NCBI GenBank assembly: GCA_030640025.1
Contig: DAOWKC010000002.1
Coordinates: 4,029-68,028 of the forward strand
DNA: 64,000 nt
Direction of reading: 5' to 3'
Source of the DNA: Candidatus Woesearchaeota archaeon
GTDB taxonomy: Archaea > Nanobdellota > Nanobdellia > Woesearchaeales > JAGLXL01
Shown: one piece after another, positions 39,547-49,734 of the stretch
Position numbering within the stretch: position 1 is the stretch's first letter
Layout of the letters: every line of letters starts with the position of its first letter
Notes under the pieces: model-generated
Database searches by the model: none
What the model was told of the DNA's origin: nothing
Seen by the model: only the letters and a program-made list of their open reading frames with translations
Translations under genes and position numbers: made by a program

Positions 39547-40268
39547 TTTTTATCCTCCTTTTTCTCTTCTTTAGGAGCTTCTTTTTTCTCTGTTTTCTTT
39601 GGTTCTTTTTTCTTTTCTGTCTTAGTTTCTTTCTTTTTAGCTGGTTTTTTCTTGGTTTCTTTTTTAACTGGTTTTTTTGCTTCTTTCTTTTTCTCTGTTT
39701 TTCCAGCTTGCTTTTTTTCTTCCTCAGTCGGAGCTGGTCTGACCGGCATTTTTTCTTCAATGCTTCTTTCTGGATGATCTTGATTAGCTAATTTTGATTT
39801 AGGTGTGAATTGAATAGAATCTTCTTCTGCTCTAGTGACAAGATAATTAGGAGCAGTTACTTTTTTACCCTTAATCATGATATGTTGATGAACAATAAAT
39901 TGTCTGGCTTGAGCTTGGGTTCGGGCCAAAGCTTTTTTGGTGACCATGTTTTGGAGACGCCGGTCCATGATATCTTTGAGATTGAGGCTTAAAACATCGT
40001 CCAAGGCAGCTTCGGGTGAGACTAGGCCAAGTTTATGAAGACGCTGCAATAATTGCTTTTTTTCTTTTTCGCCTTGTTTAGTAGTGGCTGAGATAAGGTT
40101 TTTAGCCCGGTCCTTGAATTTTTTAAGAACAGAATCGATTTTGTAAATTTCTTTTTTGTTTTTAAGAGCAAACTCTCTGGTTAATTCTTTTTCCTGATCA
40201 ATTCTTTCTTTAACCCAAGGATGTCTTGGAGTAAAGTATTTTTTCTTTGGTTTTTTTGGATCTCCCAT
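39543..40268 (-). CDS. rps4: 30S ribosomal protein S4 with a Lys/Glu-rich tail
   Basis: [19 protein letters not shown]. Confidence 0.95.
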   Translation of the reverse strand: MGDPKKPKKKYFTPRHPWVKERIDQEKELTREFALKNKKEIYKIDSVLKKFKDRAKNLISATTKQGEKEKKQLLQRLHKLGLVSPEAALDDVLSLNLKDIMDRRLQNMVTKKALARTQAQARQFIVHQHIMIKGKKVTAPNYLVTRAEEDSIQFTPKSKLANQDHPERSIEEKMPVRPAPTEEEKKQAGKTEKKKEAKKPVKKETKKKPAKKKETKTEKKKEPKKTEKKEAPKEEKKEDKK

Positions 40269-40270
40269 TT

Positions 40271-40774
40271 TTATTTCTTACCGCTGACCTTTTTTCTTTG
40301 GACGCCTAAAGTTACTTTACCCTTATTTTTTCTGAAATTGGAACGAGTTCTTTGTCCTCTGACTGGTTTGCCAGCGGAATGTCTAACTCCTCTATAACAT
40401 TTGATTTTTCTTAATCTTTTGACATCATTTTCTTGAGTGAAATCTAAATCATTGGTTAAAAGATGTTTATCTGTATTTGATTCAAAATCTCTTTGCCGGT
40501 TAAAGACCCAAGAAGGAATGTTATGCTGGATTGGATTTTCAATGATGTTATTTAATTTAGAAACTTCGTCGTCTGTCAAGACACCGGCTTTTTTGGTTTT
40601 GTCAACATCAGCTAAGTTGCAGGCCAAGCAAGCAAAAGTATAACCGACACCTTTGATTTTAGTTAAAGCATAAGCTATGGCTTTTTCTCCTTTGAGGTCG
40701 GTTTTAGCAATACGAACTAGGTATTTGATTTCTTGTGGTGGTTGTTTTTGCTCTGTTTTTGGTTTTTGTTCCAT
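40271..40774 (-). CDS. rps13: 30S ribosomal protein S13
   Basis: IKGVG, YRGVRH, VRGQRT; start set at ATG 40774. Confidence 0.95.
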   Translation of the reverse strand: MEQKPKTEQKQPPQEIKYLVRIAKTDLKGEKAIAYALTKIKGVGYTFACLACNLADVDKTKKAGVLTDDEVSKLNNIIENPIQHNIPSWVFNRQRDFESNTDKHLLTNDLDFTQENDVKRLRKIKCYRGVRHSAGKPVRGQRTRSNFRKNKGKVTLGVQRKKVSGKK

Positions 40775-40960
40775 TTTATATTTGACTGAGAAGTTAGTTC
40801 CCAGCCCTATTGGAACCAATAAATTGGTTCTAATATGCCAGAAAAACTTTTTTTCTGAGCATATACGCTAACCACTCGGGCTAATTTATGTTTGTTTTGA
40901 GAGGGGGTTTATAAAGGTTTTGGTGAAAATTAATATATGTATTTTAACTTGCAAAATAAG

Positions 40961-41773
40961 ATGAGATATATTATTATTTTATTATTGGTTTTAGTGGTAT
41001 TGACTGGGTGTCAAGGAAATGAAGTTGTTTCTGAATTAGAAAGCAAGTCATTAATGATGAATTTCACTGCTGATAACCCAATTAGAAAGTATAATGTGTT
41101 AGTTTATTCAAATAAAGATTATTCTTGGTCATTGTCTAATCATTATGAAGTGATTGGTTCTGACGAGGGAAAGCTTTCAGAAGAGTCATTTAATCAAGTT
41201 ACTATGGAGTTGGAAAAATCTGGTTTTTTTTCTGAGTTTAATGAATGTAAGGAAATGGTTTTTAAAATAACTGGAGGAGAGAGTTACTGGATTTATTTTA
41301 AAGATGGAACTAGGGAAAAACAAATAGATCCTGGTGATTACACAAATTATGATAATGAGGCAGAAAGATACTGTATCCAGTGGGAGCCAACAAATAAGAT
41401 GTTGAGACTTTTAGATCCAGACAAAGTTATTTTTGAAACTAGGTATGATCCTGAAGAGAAAGAAGAGGAGGAAGAGGAAGAAGAGATGCCTGAATTTGAG
41501 ATTACTGAAGGGATTACAGTCAAGTTAGTGGAAATTTCTGGCGGTGGTTTTGTTGAGGCTGCAGGATATTATGAAGGAACTTTAAAGTTAAGGGGTGTTG
41601 GGGATGACGAAGAGTATACTATATTTGCTTGTTCAAAAAGCTGGGATTGGGTTAAACAAGATGGTTGTTATAAATTTGATAAAAGTGAAGTAGATAAGAA
41701 TGTAGACAACCATAAATTTTCTGCTGAGCTGAGCGGCTGTTTTGTTGGGCGTCTGGCAGAAACTAGTTGTTGA
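40961..41773 (+). CDS. Putative lipoprotein
   Basis: Signal peptide ending in LTGC; acidic linker. Confidence 0.7.
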   Translation: MRYIIILLLVLVVLTGCQGNEVVSELESKSLMMNFTADNPIRKYNVLVYSNKDYSWSLSNHYEVIGSDEGKLSEESFNQVTMELEKSGFFSEFNECKEMVFKITGGESYWIYFKDGTREKQIDPGDYTNYDNEAERYCIQWEPTNKMLRLLDPDKVIFETRYDPEEKEEEEEEEEMPEFEITEGITVKLVEISGGGFVEAAGYYEGTLKLRGVGDDEEYTIFACSKSWDWVKQDGCYKFDKSEVDKNVDNHKFSAELSGCFVGRLAETSC

Positions 41774-44395
41774 TTATTCTTTTTTGAACCTTGATTTAAT
41801 CAAAGCAAAATTAACCGGGTTCTTAATCTTCTTGCATAAAGGTTCAGGATGGCAGACATTGAAGGATTTGTAGTAGTCTGGGTGGCTGCAGTTTGGCGGG
41901 AGGATGGGTTTTTTGTTTTTGGCGCTGTTAAGCTGGCCAAGGAGAATATTTTCTCTGAGAGATTCAGGTTGATTTCTTTTGTTCCAGTCCAAGAGAAATG
42001 ATTTGATTTCTTCATGACCCCAACCGCATTTTTTTAAGAAATTAATGAGGATGAAAGTGGAACGTTTTTTGCCGTCTTCGAGTCCTTTGAGGATTCGATG
42101 AATGCAAGGAGGAAAGCAATTTTCTGGAATGGCATTTTCTGGTAAAGGCATTTCTCGTCTTTGGATTTGTATTTCTTCTTCTGGCATTTTGAAATCAAAG
42201 GCTTGAACTAGCAAGGATTTGGCTTCATTAGGTTGGGCTTTTTTGTCAAGGAAAACAAACTCTGAAACTGGGCAGCCTGGTTTGGCCTGGTTTTTGGTGA
42301 ATTCTAATATTTTTTTGGGGTTGATGGGTATGGAGACAAGACCTGATTTTTCATGTAAAGAATAAGGAGCACGGTAAAGGTGTCTCGATGAAATTAATAA
42401 GGTGTCGATTTCTAAAAAAGGTTCAACATCTAAAGCAGGGATTTGTTCACCAAATTCATTTCTTTGGTAGCGGATAATATTTTTGGTTTCCAGGCCGGTT
42501 TTTTCCTTGATTTTGTTGAAATCACTATTTTCTAATTTGAGGATTTGCCGGCTGAGCGGGTTTTTGATTTTTTCAGTAATGTAGAAAGCGATCCTTCGGG
42601 GTGCTTCGGGAAAAAGGTCTTTTATTTCTTGGTTATTGATTTTTTCTGGAAAGGCTTCAAAAGGAACAGCAATATGGAAGCCTTTGTTGCCAGAATTGTG
42701 CAGTAAAACAGGATAAACGCCACCAAAAAAAGCCTCAGTGTCTGATACTGAAACATCATAAACATTTTCTTTTTTACTTTTTACCATTTTTTTAATTTTA
42801 ACAGTAGCGATGTCATTATTGAACAATTTTTTGTAGTTTGAAATGATTTTCTTTGATTGATAATCATAATCAATAGATTTAGTTTTATCAAACCAGTCTA
42901 AGATTTTTTTTATTCTCTTTAGATTAGCTGATTTTTTCTTGAGACTCATCTGTTCTGTCCTGTGGTGGTTGAATTTTTTTGGTTTGATCTGATGATAGAC
43001 CTGCCTCAAGCCATCGACAGGGAAAACTTTGTCATGAGGATGTGGAGAAAATTTATTTCTTTCCCTGAAAAACTCATTTGAATTTAGTTCTGATTTAGGG
43101 ATATTCATAGTATAAACATGACTGCCTTTGAAGATGTTTCCTTGAGGTAATTCATGCTCCCTGCAAAATTCTTGATTGACAGAACACGAAATTCCATTCA
43201 ATTTAGATAGCCATACCAATTGAGTGATCAATTGATGAGAAACAGATTTTATTGTAATTGAATATTGGCCACGTTTATAACCATCTCCTCTGATGTAACT
43301 TTTTAACATCTCTTCGAAATACTCCTTAGGCAACTCCCAAGAAAACTCAGGAACATGCTTATTTTTTGCTCCCTTACCACAGCTTTTTTCAAAAAAATGA
43401 TACCATTCTTTTGAATGAATTAAGATTTGTGTCGTTTTGGGATTTGGATGTCTGATTGAAATAAATCTTTTGGTAAATCTTTTCAATAAATTAACACAAT
43501 CAGAAATATAATCTTTTTCGTCGATGTGAAAAGAAAAACCTATTTGATATATTGTTTTAGTGATATGGCCTTCAGCCAGATAGTAGCCCAATAATCTCAT
43601 TAAATCCCTGTTTATTTTAATTTCCCTTTTAGTTGGCTTTTTATTATAATCAAATTCCCAACTAAAATATTCTGGTTCTTTTGTTAGATTATTTGAACTA
43701 TTAAAAGTAATCAATTCATCAGAATCTTTTAATTCATTTACTTTTTTTTGGATAATAAAACCCCTGTTCCAGACAAAAACTGAATGGTGTTTGGTGGCTT
43801 TGATAGGTATTGTGCTATGGGCATGGTGGATTTCATAAATTTTCTCTTTATGGGTCAAATAGTCGTATACTTTAGAAAAACAAACTTTTCTTCTTTTATT
43901 TAAAGATAAAACTTGGATTTTTTTACCCGATTTATGGAGTTCGATTACTTTGGCAATCGGAACAAGACTAATAGTTTTATCTGTTTTTATTAGTAAGGGT
44001 GTGTCTCCAGTAACACTAAATTTGATAGAATAAGATTTGATTTTGTTGTAGTCAAGGAATTTGATGATTAAGTGAGCAGCTATTTTGGAATATTCAATGA
44101 ATTTACAGTCAATATCAAGGACAAGGTCCCAGCCAATTCTTAAGTTGTCGAGTTCTCTTTTTTTGAGGTCGGGGTTGAGTTGGAGGGGATTAAGCCAGCG
44201 TTCTTCTGAAGTATGAAAAGAAGTAGCGCCTTTTTTAGCTAATTCAAGAATATCATTAGGGTATTGTAAGATGTCAGGGCGTTTGCCGAATTTGTCTTCG
44301 TATCGAACGGTTGTTTCCCTACTTTCGACATGTTCAATCATGGCTTTTTGAATATCTTTTCTCTTGTAATGCTTGAGAAGGGTTGAGATATGCAT
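41774..44395 (-). CDS. priS: Fused PriS-PriL DNA primase containing an intein
   Basis: WDLVLDID, KF[intein]SGNKGFH, RAPYSLH, C-terminal PriL-type FPPCI...PPNC...C...C. Confidence 0.9.
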   Translation of the reverse strand: MHISTLLKHYKRKDIQKAMIEHVESRETTVRYEDKFGKRPDILQYPNDILELAKKGATSFHTSEERWLNPLQLNPDLKKRELDNLRIGWDLVLDIDCKFIEYSKIAAHLIIKFLDYNKIKSYSIKFSVTGDTPLLIKTDKTISLVPIAKVIELHKSGKKIQVLSLNKRRKVCFSKVYDYLTHKEKIYEIHHAHSTIPIKATKHHSVFVWNRGFIIQKKVNELKDSDELITFNSSNNLTKEPEYFSWEFDYNKKPTKREIKINRDLMRLLGYYLAEGHITKTIYQIGFSFHIDEKDYISDCVNLLKRFTKRFISIRHPNPKTTQILIHSKEWYHFFEKSCGKGAKNKHVPEFSWELPKEYFEEMLKSYIRGDGYKRGQYSITIKSVSHQLITQLVWLSKLNGISCSVNQEFCREHELPQGNIFKGSHVYTMNIPKSELNSNEFFRERNKFSPHPHDKVFPVDGLRQVYHQIKPKKFNHHRTEQMSLKKKSANLKRIKKILDWFDKTKSIDYDYQSKKIISNYKKLFNNDIATVKIKKMVKSKKENVYDVSVSDTEAFFGGVYPVLLHNSGNKGFHIAVPFEAFPEKINNQEIKDLFPEAPRRIAFYITEKIKNPLSRQILKLENSDFNKIKEKTGLETKNIIRYQRNEFGEQIPALDVEPFLEIDTLLISSRHLYRAPYSLHEKSGLVSIPINPKKILEFTKNQAKPGCPVSEFVFLDKKAQPNEAKSLLVQAFDFKMPEEEIQIQRREMPLPENAIPENCFPPCIHRILKGLEDGKKRSTFILINFLKKCGWGHEEIKSFLLDWNKRNQPESLRENILLGQLNSAKNKKPILPPNCSHPDYYKSFNVCHPEPLCKKIKNPVNFALIKSRFKKE
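42695..44017 (-). mobile_element. 441-aa intein with a LAGLIDADG endonuclease
   Basis: Block A SVTGDT, block B ATKHHSVF, LLGYYLAEG and YIRGDG, block F VYDVSV, terminal HN followed by Ser+1. Confidence 0.92.
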
Positions 44396-44400
44396 TTTTT

Positions 44401-44550
44401 TTGACAGAAACCCTGTCGTTCGCCATGCTTCATATCGTTGTAAATCTAATGAAGCACTATTGCTGTCTGACGATTAGTAAAGTAAGGCGCCATAAATTGC
44501 TACGCAATTTAAAGGTGGCTCACTTGCCCTTTGGCCAGGGTTTCTGTAAA
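44401..44550. ncRNA. Unclassified structured element upstream of the primase
   Basis: 12-bp terminal IR acagaaaccctg/cagggtttctgt enclosing two long hairpins. Confidence 0.45.
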
Positions 44551-44596
44551 AGCGTAAAGGACAAGGTTTAAAATGTTTTGTGGTTTTAGAGTGGGT

Positions 44597-44947
44597 ATGA
44601 AAGATGTTTATGATGAAATCATGGGATTTTTGAAGAGGATAAAAGAGGAAGATAAGTTAGTGATAGTGGAAGGGGTGAATGACAAAAGGGCATTGGCAAG
44701 TTTTGGGGTGAAGAGGGTTAAAACACTTTCCCGCCGGGCTTTGTATAAAGTAGTTGAGGAAGTGAGGGATAAGGATGTTGTTCTTTTGGTTGATTTGGAC
44801 AGGGCTGGTAAAAAATTGTATGCTTATCTAAATTCTGAGTTTTCCCAACGCGGGGTTAGGGTGGATAATAAATTCCGTGAGTTTTTGTTTCGGAAAACCA
44901 AGCTGAGGCAGATTGAAGGACTGAAAAGGTATATGGAGAGATTATAA
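44597..44947 (+). CDS. Small Toprim-domain protein
   Basis: IVEGVND, LVDLDRAG. Confidence 0.88.
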   Translation: MKDVYDEIMGFLKRIKEEDKLVIVEGVNDKRALASFGVKRVKTLSRRALYKVVEEVRDKDVVLLVDLDRAGKKLYAYLNSEFSQRGVRVDNKFREFLFRKTKLRQIEGLKRYMERL

Positions 44948-45196
44948 AAATTTAAAGCCGCAAGTTTCTTGAGTAAGATGTTCTTTTTGTGTTCGGGGGT
45001 ATTTTCTACAGTTTAATGGTCTAATCGGATGGATAGTACAATAAGAAGTGTTGTCTTTTCTGTATTTTAAAAAAAAGCATTTTTGGGGCAAGCGGCAGCA
45101 TTGGCCGCAATTTAAGCACTGACCAGTTCTACTTTTTGAAATAGGAAGAACAGAAGTTAGGGTTCTTATTATTTTTGACCAGTAATTATTCTTCAT
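44942..45196 (-). CDS. YkgJ-like CxxCxxCC Zn/Fe-chelating protein
   Basis: CLNCGQCC...C...CTIH..RP..CRKYP. Confidence 0.8.
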   Translation of the reverse strand: MKNNYWSKIIRTLTSVLPISKSRTGQCLNCGQCCRLPQKCFFLKYRKDNTSYCTIHPIRPLNCRKYPRTQKEHLTQETCGFKFL

Positions 45197-47375
45197 ATTC
45201 TTTTTCAAAGACTTCTTTGAGTCTTTGGGCAATGGTGGGACCGACTTTAGGGACTTTTTTTAATTGTTCTTCATTGGCGTTGATAAGGTTTTTAATGGTT
45301 TTGAAATGTTTGAGGAGGTCTTGGGCAAGGCTGGGGCCGATTGACGGGAAAGAAGAGACAAGATATTCCTGCTGTTCTTTGAGGGTTAAAGGTTTTCTGG
45401 AATGCAAGGAGAATTCACGGTCTTTGTCTTGTTCTCTTTTGGTGATGATGGCTAAGAGGGCGGCGGTTTCTTTGAAGTTTTTAGTTTGAATGAGGGGGAT
45501 GCCATAACTAATGGTGATGGCAGCAAGCATGCCGCGGATAGCATTGGGGTGGATTTTTCTGACTGAATAAATATCTTCTTCGCCTTCGATAATGACTAGA
45601 GGCCGGGTGTAGTTTCTTTTCATTGATCTTAACTGGTCTAATAAACGGCCGTCAATAATAGAATTGACAAAATCTGGGACAGTTTTAAATTCAACTGCGC
45701 AGTCTGGTGAACAAAGATAGTCAGCTGAGTCAAGCTGTTCTAGTTTGAGGTTGAGGCCGAGGTTGATTAGTTCTTTAATAACACCAGAGCCTTTTTCTCT
45801 ATGATCAACTAAGATTTGGATTTTTTGTTCTTCAGGAATGAATTGAGAAAGAACTGGCTGGGCTTTAAGGGAAAATTCTTTTTTAATTTGGTTTAAGGTG
45901 CGGAACATGCGTTTTTCTTTGTGATAAGCTGACCAGCGGTAGCCTGAGTCTCGGGTTTGGTCGGTTTGGAGGATGATGACACGGCCTTGTTCTTGTCTTC
46001 CGGTGCGGCCTCTTCTTTGGATATGACGGATGGCAGAAGGAATGGGTTCATAGAAAATGACAAGGTCGACAGCAGGGATATCAAGGCCTTCTTCACCGAC
46101 TGAAGTGGCGACTAAAGTATTGAATTCTTGATTGCGAAATTGGTCGAGAATTTCTTTTTGCTTTTTTTGTGATAATCCTGTTTCACCTTTTTTAGTCTGG
46201 CCGACAAAAGTCTTGGCTTGTGTTTGAGTGAGCTGGTTGAGTTGTTCTGTTATTTCAGAAGCTGAATCTCGGTATTGGGTGAAGATGGTGATTTTGGTTT
46301 TAGGATTGTTTTCTGTCTCTTCTTTGACAAGTTCCTTGAGTTTTGTGAGTTTAGGATGTTTGACGTTCATGTCTGAGAGCTGCTGGGTTTTGAGATAAGC
46401 TGATTTGAAATTAATGTCCTGGACAAGGTTTTTGGCAGCTTTGGTTTTACCTGTCCTAGATTCGTCTTGAAGTTTTTCTAAGTAGTTTTTAAGAGGAGTG
46501 ATGCCCTGAGTTTCAACAAGTTCTAAGGCGTGCTGGACTTTCATGGCTTCGGCTAAAAGGGAAACTGATTTTAAAAGTTGGAAATCTTTTTGTCCCCTGG
46601 AGAGCTGGCCATGAAGCTGTGATTGAAGTTTGAGAATTTCAATTTTATTGATGAAAGTGGAATTGAGGTAGCCTAATTTTTTTACTTCTTGGAGTTTTTC
46701 CTGGTAACAATCTTTGAGAAATTTTTGAATTACTTTGAATTGCGGCGGAAGTTCAACTTTAATCCATTCTGTTTTGATTGGTTTGATATAAGGTTTGACA
46801 TCAGGATCATCTGGGGTGCGGACTTCAACTGCTTCAAGGTGAAGATTTTGACAGACTTCTCTGATTTTTTCCAAGTCTGAACCTGGTGAAGCAGTTAAGG
46901 CGAGAATTCTAGGGAAGTCAGCTTTTTTCTGGTATTGTTTGGTTACGAAGACATAAGCATAATCACCAACTGCACGGTGGGCTTCGTCAACCCCTAATAA
47001 GGTGATGTTTTTGAGATTTAATCTGTTGCAGATGATGTCATTTTCAATGACTTGGGGTGTGGAGAAAATAATTTGAGTTTGGTTGTAGAGTTCGATGCGT
47101 TTTTCTGGAGCAGTTTGACCAGTAAAAACAGCAAGTTTTTCTTTTTCTATATCGAAGTATTTTTTGAAGGTTTCAAAATGCTGTTCAACTAAGGGTTTGG
47201 TTGGGGCGAGGAAGAGGATTTTGGATTGAGGATATTGTTTTAATCTTTGAGCAGCGAGCATGAGGAAAATATTAGTTTTGCCTAAGCCAGTGGGGAGAAC
47301 GACTAAGGTGTTTTTTTTAACGGTGGTGGCGAGAATAGTTTCTTGGTAGAGCCTTGGTTGGAAGTTCTTAATCAT
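45186..47375 (-). CDS. hef: Hef/FANCM helicase-ERCC4 nuclease
   Basis: LPTGLGKT, DEAHRA, QRRGRTGR, ERCC4 domain (VDHRE, EFK), HhH tail. Confidence 0.93.
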   Translation of the reverse strand: MIKNFQPRLYQETILATTVKKNTLVVLPTGLGKTNIFLMLAAQRLKQYPQSKILFLAPTKPLVEQHFETFKKYFDIEKEKLAVFTGQTAPEKRIELYNQTQIIFSTPQVIENDIICNRLNLKNITLLGVDEAHRAVGDYAYVFVTKQYQKKADFPRILALTASPGSDLEKIREVCQNLHLEAVEVRTPDDPDVKPYIKPIKTEWIKVELPPQFKVIQKFLKDCYQEKLQEVKKLGYLNSTFINKIEILKLQSQLHGQLSRGQKDFQLLKSVSLLAEAMKVQHALELVETQGITPLKNYLEKLQDESRTGKTKAAKNLVQDINFKSAYLKTQQLSDMNVKHPKLTKLKELVKEETENNPKTKITIFTQYRDSASEITEQLNQLTQTQAKTFVGQTKKGETGLSQKKQKEILDQFRNQEFNTLVATSVGEEGLDIPAVDLVIFYEPIPSAIRHIQRRGRTGRQEQGRVIILQTDQTRDSGYRWSAYHKEKRMFRTLNQIKKEFSLKAQPVLSQFIPEEQKIQILVDHREKGSGVIKELINLGLNLKLEQLDSADYLCSPDCAVEFKTVPDFVNSIIDGRLLDQLRSMKRNYTRPLVIIEGEEDIYSVRKIHPNAIRGMLAAITISYGIPLIQTKNFKETAALLAIITKREQDKDREFSLHSRKPLTLKEQQEYLVSSFPSIGPSLAQDLLKHFKTIKNLINANEEQLKKVPKVGPTIAQRLKEVFEKEYEE

Positions 47376-47431
47376 AGAATATTTTGAGAATTGGTGATTT
47401 ATATAGTTTTGGTGGGGTTGTCCAGTGCTAT

Positions 47432-48283
47432 TTAAACTGGTTGGGGTTTTTCTCTTTTTAATAAAACAGTTGAAAGGATGATTAAAGCTCCACCTACGAC
47501 CATGTTCCAGGTCAAAACTTCTTTGAAGAGAATTATTCCAAATAAGATTGCACTAATAACTTCTATATAACATAAGGATGAGGCAGTTGATAATTTGATT
47601 TTTTTTAAGGCAGAGAAAAATAAACCAAATCCAATAATACCGATTAAAATTACATAGAAAGAAGTCATTCCGGCTTGTGCTGGAGTAGGGAGTGGTTTAT
47701 TGATGAATAAAAAGGGAATGAAGATTACAGCGCCAACTAGATTTTGATAAAAAACTGATTGAAATTTAGTGTATTTTAATGATTCTTTTTTAAAGATAGT
47801 AACAACAAAAGAATATATTAAAGTTGAGCCGATCATAGCAGTCATGCCAAGAAAGTCTTTGTTAGCAAAAGATATCTCTTTGTTAAGATAGACAAAAATG
47901 ATACCTAAGAAAGCTAAAGCAAATAAACCAAGATTTCTTTTTTCAACTTTTTCTTTGAGAAAAATCATGCTGGAAATAGTGGCAAAGATAGGCCAAGTAT
48001 AGAGAATGATGGCAGCATTACTGATAGAAGTGAAAGTAAAGGCAATATAATAAAGTAATACTCTGATGGCATTGAGTGAAGAGGCGAGATACATTAATTT
48101 GTTGTTGCCCTTGAACAAAGGTGTTTTTTTGAAACGAAAGAAGATGATGAGGATAATAGTAGGGATGGCTAATCTAAAAAATGAGAATGTGGTTGGGGGA
48201 AGATTAATATATTTGACAAATGCTCCAGTAGAACCCCAAATGATGGCGGCGATGATGACTTCTAAATAAGGATTAAATTTCAT
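47432..48283 (-). CDS. EamA/DMT transporter
   Basis: About ten TM helices in two EamA repeats. Confidence 0.88.
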   Translation of the reverse strand: MKFNPYLEVIIAAIIWGSTGAFVKYINLPPTTFSFFRLAIPTIILIIFFRFKKTPLFKGNNKLMYLASSLNAIRVLLYYIAFTFTSISNAAIILYTWPIFATISSMIFLKEKVEKRNLGLFALAFLGIIFVYLNKEISFANKDFLGMTAMIGSTLIYSFVVTIFKKESLKYTKFQSVFYQNLVGAVIFIPFLFINKPLPTPAQAGMTSFYVILIGIIGFGLFFSALKKIKLSTASSLCYIEVISAILFGIILFKEVLTWNMVVGGALIILSTVLLKREKPQPV

Positions 48284-48325
48284 GGTTTAAGAAAGATTAA
48301 TTTTTTATTTAAATGTTTTTAAGAA

Positions 48326-48511
48326 TTAACCTAATCTCTTTTGATTCTGGTCAATATTAATTTTATTTTCTTTGATTTGGTCTCTCAAGTCCTCGATTTC
48401 TTCTCTGAGTTTTTCCATTTCCTGCCTTAACTGAGCCATGGCATCGAGAATGGTGTCGCGGAAACCTTCGTATTCTGCAATCAAGCTGCCAAATTCTTCT
48501 TGAGTAACCAT
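48326..48511 (-). CDS. Small coiled-coil protein
   Basis: Heptad pattern, 61 aa. Confidence 0.65.
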   Translation of the reverse strand: MVTQEEFGSLIAEYEGFRDTILDAMAQLRQEMEKLREEIEDLRDQIKENKINIDQNQKRLG

Positions 48512-48532
48512 TTTTAAATATTCAGAGCAGAA

Positions 48533-48883
48533 CTATCTTATAAATCCAGCGGTTTTGAAATATTCAAAATAGCCTTTTTTATGGAGATAATAAGAGCCAA
48601 CAGTGCCGATAATAAAAAGGACGACAATGGCAAATTTATTAGCTCGGATAGCTCCAATCATAAAGCCAAGAAGAAACCCAATCATGATTAATATGAAGGG
48701 GAAAATAGGCTGGGCAATCCTTCTTTTAAAGAAAAATCGGCCGGCAATAACACCAGCAAGAACAACGACAATATAGGAGAGGGCAGCTGAGTTTATTAAA
48801 AGGGCAATGAAAAAACCAATCAAAACTAAGGCAATGAAAAAGGTTTCTGCCCAGTTTTTGAGGATAAAGGTTCCGGAAGTCAT
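48533..48883 (-). CDS. Small membrane protein
   Basis: Four hydrophobic segments. Confidence 0.75.
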   Translation of the reverse strand: MTSGTFILKNWAETFFIALVLIGFFIALLINSAALSYIVVVLAGVIAGRFFFKRRIAQPIFPFILIMIGFLLGFMIGAIRANKFAIVVLFIIGTVGSYYLHKKGYFEYFKTAGFIR

Positions 48884-48886
48884 TTT

Positions 48887-49663
48887 TTACATGGTTTCAT
48901 AGCCTGAACCCTTGGGTTCAAAAAAAGCAAAATACAAAGCCCAGATAGCCAAGCCAATGATGATACCACCAATAAGAGTAAGCCAAAAGTTGGCCCAATA
49001 AATCAAAAGGCAGACGCCAAGGATAATGCCAAAGGAAACTGAATACAAGGCACGGCCAGCAAAAAAAATGTTGATGCCGTCCAAAGGCGGGATAGGCAGC
49101 ATACTACAAATAGCATAGATTAAATTGATTAATAAAGCTTTCTGCAGGAACCAACTATGGGGAAAGATGATTAAAAGTATTTTGAAAAAAAGAGCGAGGA
49201 TGACAGTGGCAATAGGGCCCCAGAGGGCAATAATACCATTTTCCCAGTAATTAACACCATAACGAAATTCTCCTAAACGATGACGGACTAACATAGCAAT
49301 CATCATGCCGCCTGGAAGGATAATAGTAAAAGCGCGGCCAAATAAGGAAGCGGTGACAAAGACAAAAATAATACTCAGGACAAGACCAGCCCACCAAAGC
49401 TTGAATTCAGCTTTAAAACCAATGGCTAAGGCAGCAATACGCTGGCCAGTTAAATGAACGAAAAAGGCAATTAAAGTGAGGAGGGAGACAAGCAAAAGAT
49501 TCTTGAGGCCGATAACAAAATCAAAACCAGTAGCAGAGCCCCAATCATTGAATGAGAAAATGAATCCGGCGACGAGAGCGCAAATAAGAATATCTCGAAC
49601 TTCCTTCATGGAAAAGGCGTAGTAAAGCCTTAACCGGCTTGCTAATTCGTGCCAAAACCCCAT
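48887..49663 (-). CDS. Site-2 protease (M50)-like membrane protein with a degenerate active site
   Basis: LPIPPLDG and ALWGP retained; the HExxH position reads HLTGQ. Confidence 0.7.
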   Translation of the reverse strand: MGFWHELASRLRLYYAFSMKEVRDILICALVAGFIFSFNDWGSATGFDFVIGLKNLLLVSLLTLIAFFVHLTGQRIAALAIGFKAEFKLWWAGLVLSIIFVFVTASLFGRAFTIILPGGMMIAMLVRHRLGEFRYGVNYWENGIIALWGPIATVILALFFKILLIIFPHSWFLQKALLINLIYAICSMLPIPPLDGINIFFAGRALYSVSFGIILGVCLLIYWANFWLTLIGGIIIGLAIWALYFAFFEPKGSGYETM

Positions 49664-49734
49664 TTTTAGAAGAAATAATTATTTTTGTTTTTAAATACTT
49701 TTGCTTTTATATTAATTATATAAGAGTTTAATAA

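Noticed and set aside
44401-44550. 5S rRNA call
   Set aside because: Y-shaped with a GGCCAAAG resemblance, but it lacks the conserved CCGAAC loop and GTTAAG; left unclassified
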